Assembly: GCF_001194135.2 (NCBI RefSeq)
Contig: NC_068992.1
Coordinates: 15,146,271 to 15,183,885, forward strand
Direction of reading: 5' to 3'
Length of the DNA stretch: 37,615 nucleotides
Source of the DNA: Octopus bimaculoides
Taxonomy: Eukaryota
Position numbers and translations under genes: made by a program. Under the pieces are notes generated by a model. That model was not told the DNA's origin and ran no database searches. It saw only the letters and a list, made by a program, of their open reading frames with translations. Positions 33,205 through 37,615 of this stretch are shown one piece after another; position 1 is the first letter of the stretch; every line of letters begins with the position of its first letter.

Positions 33205-33634
33205 GTATATATGTATAGCTAGATTTAGTTATATATGTAAACTCACTGGAGGACAGTGTTTCTCGTAGTATTAATAATGATTTGTAATGTGGGGAAAACA
33301 CAGGATCAAATGTTTCGTAGATAGAAGTATAGTTGATTAAACGTATGCCTGTACATCTGTCCTCGTTTCTCAATGATTAATTCATTCATCGTATGTCAAT
33401 TGATAACCATGTTAGGCTTATCACAAATTGATCTCTGATAACAAGGCTCTACTTGGACTGCGAAAGCGCGTCCCACCGACAATTCAGGAAACTCTGGGGT
33501 CTGGAGAGGAAACCTTGCCTTCCCCCCTCCCCGCCCAATTGTTCTGTCGTTCATTTATAACAGATTTTTATTTAAATAGCTTTCTTTTGGAACCAAACAC
33601 TTGATAAATGAAAACAGATGAATTTTATGGTTAG

Positions 33635-33745
33635 TGTTTTTATCACTTCCAGAAAGATCGGAAGGTAAAAAAAAAAAAAAACCGGTGGGATTTGAACAGT
33701 GAATATAAATTAAATTTTGTCCCACATTCTACCGATTCTGCCGAT
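33635..33745 (-). mobile_element. SINE family B, degenerate fragment
   Basis: TTTATC...CAGAAAGAT..GAAGG...GGTGGGATTTGAAC...CGATTCTGCC. Confidence 0.5.
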
Positions 33746-34228
33746 CAACTTATTATCCGGTTTCTAACATTGGTTTAGATTGACATCTTTAATCACTTCC
33801 AGCAATCGATTATATGCCCCTGGAGCAAAAAAAACAAAACAAAAAAAAACGATAACATTCAATCCTGTTAGGTTTTGAACACAGTATTTAGACGGTCGTA
33901 CGTAAATAATATAATGCACTTTATCAATCACCATGGAAGCATTGTTACTAATGCCATTTATGATAAAAATCTCGTGACTACAGAATGATGTCCATTTATA
34001 TTTCTATCCCACACACATCCGTCTCGTTTTCTCTTTCGCTATCGGAAAAAGAAAAAGAAAAAAATCAATTTACTAACGAAAATATCGACAGAGAAATACA
34101 ATAATTAGTTTGTCAAAAAATTGACAGCGCGGAGAAATATTCAACTCTGAATATACAGTTTCTGTTGTAAAGTCATTGTCTTTTGCCTCCTCGCGCTCTT
34201 CGCTTTCTTCTTTTGCACATTTCGACAT

Positions 34229-34419
34229 ACACACACACACACACACATACTCACACACACACAGACACACACACGTATACATACAAACACACATAAATAT
34301 ATGTGGGTGTATATATTTATAAATATACACACATACATATATTTATGTTTGTATAAATGTATGTATGTATATAATTATATATATAGACAAATAGATAGAT
34401 AGATAGATAGATATGTGTA

Positions 34420-34468
<49 letters not shown>

Positions 34469-34499
34469 ATCATTATATATGTATATACATATGTATCCG

Positions 34500-34544
<45 letters not shown>

Positions 34545-34545
34545 A
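34229..34545. repeat. Compound (CA)/(TA)/(GATA)/(TG) microsatellite block
   Basis: Direct reading. Confidence 0.92.
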
Positions 34546-35206
34546 CATTGAAGACGGTGATCTAGTGTTACTTTAACTATGGCGGCTTTGTCATGGTTGC
34601 TACTCAAGAACATATACATATTTATATATGTATATAAACGATGATGAAGACCCCGTGGATGTTAGAGTTTGCTTTCTCTATTTTCTTTTTTGTGTATAAT
34701 TTGCCTCCTCTATTTTCCTAATCCAACACGCGACAATATGAAATTATATTAACGACTCAGTCGCTTGAATCGGAACCGAATATGTCATTGTAGACAGCAT
34801 AACGCAATAAACACTATTTTAGGCTTGTATGGAACATGTCAGATTACATTAAATAAAACACAAAGCCGCACGAATAACAACAAGCAAGTGACAAATGGGA
34901 CTCCCGATATCTCTGATAGATGGATGCTGTAGAGTTTTTTGTTGCTGTTATTGTTATTCCTGTTATTATTGATTAGCCCCAGATCAACACAAGATCGAGA
35001 AGCTTTCTTAATGTATTTATTTTATGTAGTAGTAAGTGAGCAATAGCTATGTTCGTTGCTGGTTTACAAAGTTCAAATAACACTTCTGATGGTGTAAGTG
35101 ACAAGGGCTTGTGTATGACATAATGCGGAACAAATAACCCAAGGGACTTTATTCATAGAGCACCAGCTTTTCAGTTTTCCTGATAATTCTTATGACCTTT
35201 GTCGGT

Positions 35207-35451
35207 AAAGGGTGAAGACCCCCTTCGGTCATGAATGACCATGGGATTGCACATAGAAAGATCCCCTCCGAGGCAAAAGCCCGAGCAAGGTTGTGTATGG
35301 AGGACCAGCAGTCGACTTGCCTCTCCTCTCCATGACAGCGATGCTGTCCAAGAGAGAAGCAGGGGCGATATGGTCCGGCACTAATGACGTTGCAACTCAT
35401 TTCTGCAACTCATTTCTGAACTGGAACAGCGTGAAGTAAAGTGTCTTGCTC
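35207..35451 (-). mobile_element. SINE family D (head missing)
   Basis: GAACTGG..CAGCGTGAAGTAAAGTGTCTTGCTC core shared with 24950-25010, with a different tail. Contains a 13-bp tandem duplication TGCAACTCATTTC at 35391-35416. Confidence 0.7.
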
Positions 35452-35459
35452 TTACCTTT

Positions 35460-35790
35460 GTCGATAAGCGTCGGCAAAAAGACATACTGACACAATTTGG
35501 AGGCGGATCAGATGTAGCTGGAAACAAACTTATCACTGAGTATTGCTACTCAGAATACCTGCAGACCTGGAGAAGATATCTGACTCCAGTTGCTTCAAGA
35601 GTAAGATGCTAGCTCATGTGAGACAGGAGAGTAGGAGGAGGCAAAACTTCTACAACTGTGGAACCACGAATCATTTAAGGATTTTCTTTCCCCCATGAAA
35701 AACAAGAATGCGTGGCATACCCTGTCTCTAACACCCTTAAAAGAAGAATTATCTGCTGCAATAACTAATAACGGAAGCAACATCACTACG
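35460..35790 (+). mobile_element. Possible LTR-retrotransposon gag zinc-knuckle/protease remnant
   Basis: FYNCGTTNHLRIFFP at 35648-35692 fits Cx2Cx4Hx4C with both outer Cys changed to Phe by single G>T substitutions. Downstream ITNNGSNITT (another frame) may be a decayed DTG protease motif. Confidence 0.45.
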
Positions 35791-36228
35791 ACCAAAGCTT
35801 TACGGATGTCCGATAAATTCCCTACTTATTATATTGTGGTAAATACATCGCAAGGTGATTTCATCGTAAGTTCGTCGTCATACCATGTATTGTATAGTGG
35901 ATAACATCATCGTCATGCATTTTTTTATCTACAGAGTAAATACATCGCTAAACATCATTTGAATGATATACTTTCCCTTTTCACAGAGAAAAAAAAAATC
36001 ACATTTCAATGGCAATAAAAAAATTCAATTATAGAATATCAAGTTTGCTCTCTCTCTATCTTCATCTCACTCTGTGTGTATATATATAGTGTTCAACACT
36101 GCATTGGTGATACATATTTTTTTCTGTGGGTTTCATGTTGAGGTGTTGAGGGAGATTTCTCTCAACAATTATCAAGTCTGTCACATGGGCTGTTAGTCTT
36201 CACCCATCTTGAATGAAAAAAAATAGTG

Positions 36229-36230
<2 letters not shown>

Positions 36231-36287
<57 letters not shown>
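36231..36287. repeat. (TA)n microsatellite
   Basis: Direct reading. Confidence 0.97.
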
Positions 36288-36290
<3 letters not shown>

Positions 36291-37527
36291 CACATCAATG
36301 TTATTTGTAAAAACAGAATTGCTAAATAATGTAGTGAAGAGATAATAGTATTTTAAACTGGAAGAAAGAATAAAATAAACTATAAGCAAAACTCTTTAAA
36401 TAATTCAATATTTTGTGATTTTGATATTCATTGACGATGCAATGAATTCTCACTACACTGGCTCTTTTTTTATTGAGGTACTTTTTTACGATGTAATATT
36501 CCTGCACCTGCGATAAACTGTTCCAGTATTATCCAGCTTTCTTTTAGATTGCTCTTTTTCAAGATTTCTAAAAAAAAAAGGCAGAAGGTAGATGCAATTT
36601 TTGGTTTTTGAATTTACTTCTCGTTGATAGTTAAATGCAACGCATTAACAAAGCGAATAAAAGCTTTGAAATTTGCGATGCGAATAGAGCATCAAATTTT
36701 GTTTAGCATAAAAATTACTTAGCGATGAAATTACTTGTTGATGAATTCACGGGTGATAAATTTACTGTGAGGTTATTAACCGAATGAATTTAATCTGATT
36801 GATTTACAGTGAACTCCATACATAATTCCTCGACGTGCTGGATGTACCAACCAAAACTACTTGATGCCACCCACAACCACCTATCAGAAGAAAGTCGTTA
36901 GGTAATATAATCTTTGACACAATACCTCAAAACAAGACGAAATAACCGTAAATGGAGCGCTTTTGATCAGAGACTTGTTCGATCAGGATTGAGTTGTGTT
37001 TAATCACAGAGATCGACTAGGATCCACGGTTTCAATTCCCATTTGTTTTGTGGCATTGCTTTTTCTTTCAAATTTCATAGTAACTACATCCATATTTTGT
37101 GTTTGAAATATGTTGTTGCAATTAGCTTAGCTTTACATCACAGGTAAAATATCTAACCACAGGCATATATGGTACTGTAAAACTGAGACACATCTAGATA
37201 TACAACATACACACGCAAATACACACACATATGAATGTTATATATAGTCAGCCTATCAACATTTCAGCCCACCCTCGTATACAAGAAGAAGATTTGGATC
37301 TTTTTTAAAACGGGGGCCACATTTTTCATTAATGTTTTACGTAGTGTTTTTGGTACCGAAACACTTTCAAACTTCGTATACTTATCTATTTTGTGTTATA
37401 GAACAGAAAAATATTTTTGTATTCGAATTTATTTCATGTAAAAAATTGTCTTATTTCGATAATTTCAACCAATCACTGACAAGTATTCAGTTGTTTACAT
37501 TTACTCCTTTGGCTGATTAAGCCATAG

Positions 37528-37615
37528 CTTCGTTTTATTTGCTTTTTTCATTTAAAATTTGCTTTTTTCATTTTCTTTTTTTTTTCTTCGTTTTATTTGC
37601 TTTTTTCTTTTTAAA
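37528..37615. repeat. T-rich low-complexity direct repeats
   Basis: CTTCGTTTTATTTGCTTTTTTC at 37528 and 37586; TTTGCTTTTTTCATTT also recurs between them. Confidence 0.85.

Noticed and set aside
34112-34135. GACAGCGCGG as a REST/RE1 site
   Set aside because: Half-site only, with mismatches.

Overview
AT-rich eukaryotic genomic scaffold with 8 N-gaps and very dense microsatellites. It is dominated by decayed mobile elements and reads as intronic or intergenic. The SINE types, (TA)n/(GATA)n/(ATT)n load and mariner content look like an octopus (coleoid cephalopod) assembly; this is recognition from memory, not a database check. I find no intact protein-coding gene, rRNA, true tRNA gene or CRISPR array, and most ORFs in the track are artefacts of microsatellites or N-runs. 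Best-supported features: two internally deleted DD34D mariner copies, a DD41D (rosa/Visitor) transposase fused head-to-head with one of them, nested TA-flanked MITEs, an RTE-clade reverse-transcriptase remnant, an R4/Dong-like 3' end inside (ATT)n, a probable solo LTR, a gag-knuckle remnant and about 17 tRNA-type SINE copies or fragments from several families. Most interesting but unproven: six degenerate hammerhead-ribozyme-like motifs (Penelope-type termini), two of them inside long fold-backs; a multi-layer nested insertion bounded by a 27-bp direct repeat; diverged tandem modules with a coding-like CxxC signature; and a few candidate orphan exons. I cannot demonstrate a novel biological system from the sequence alone.
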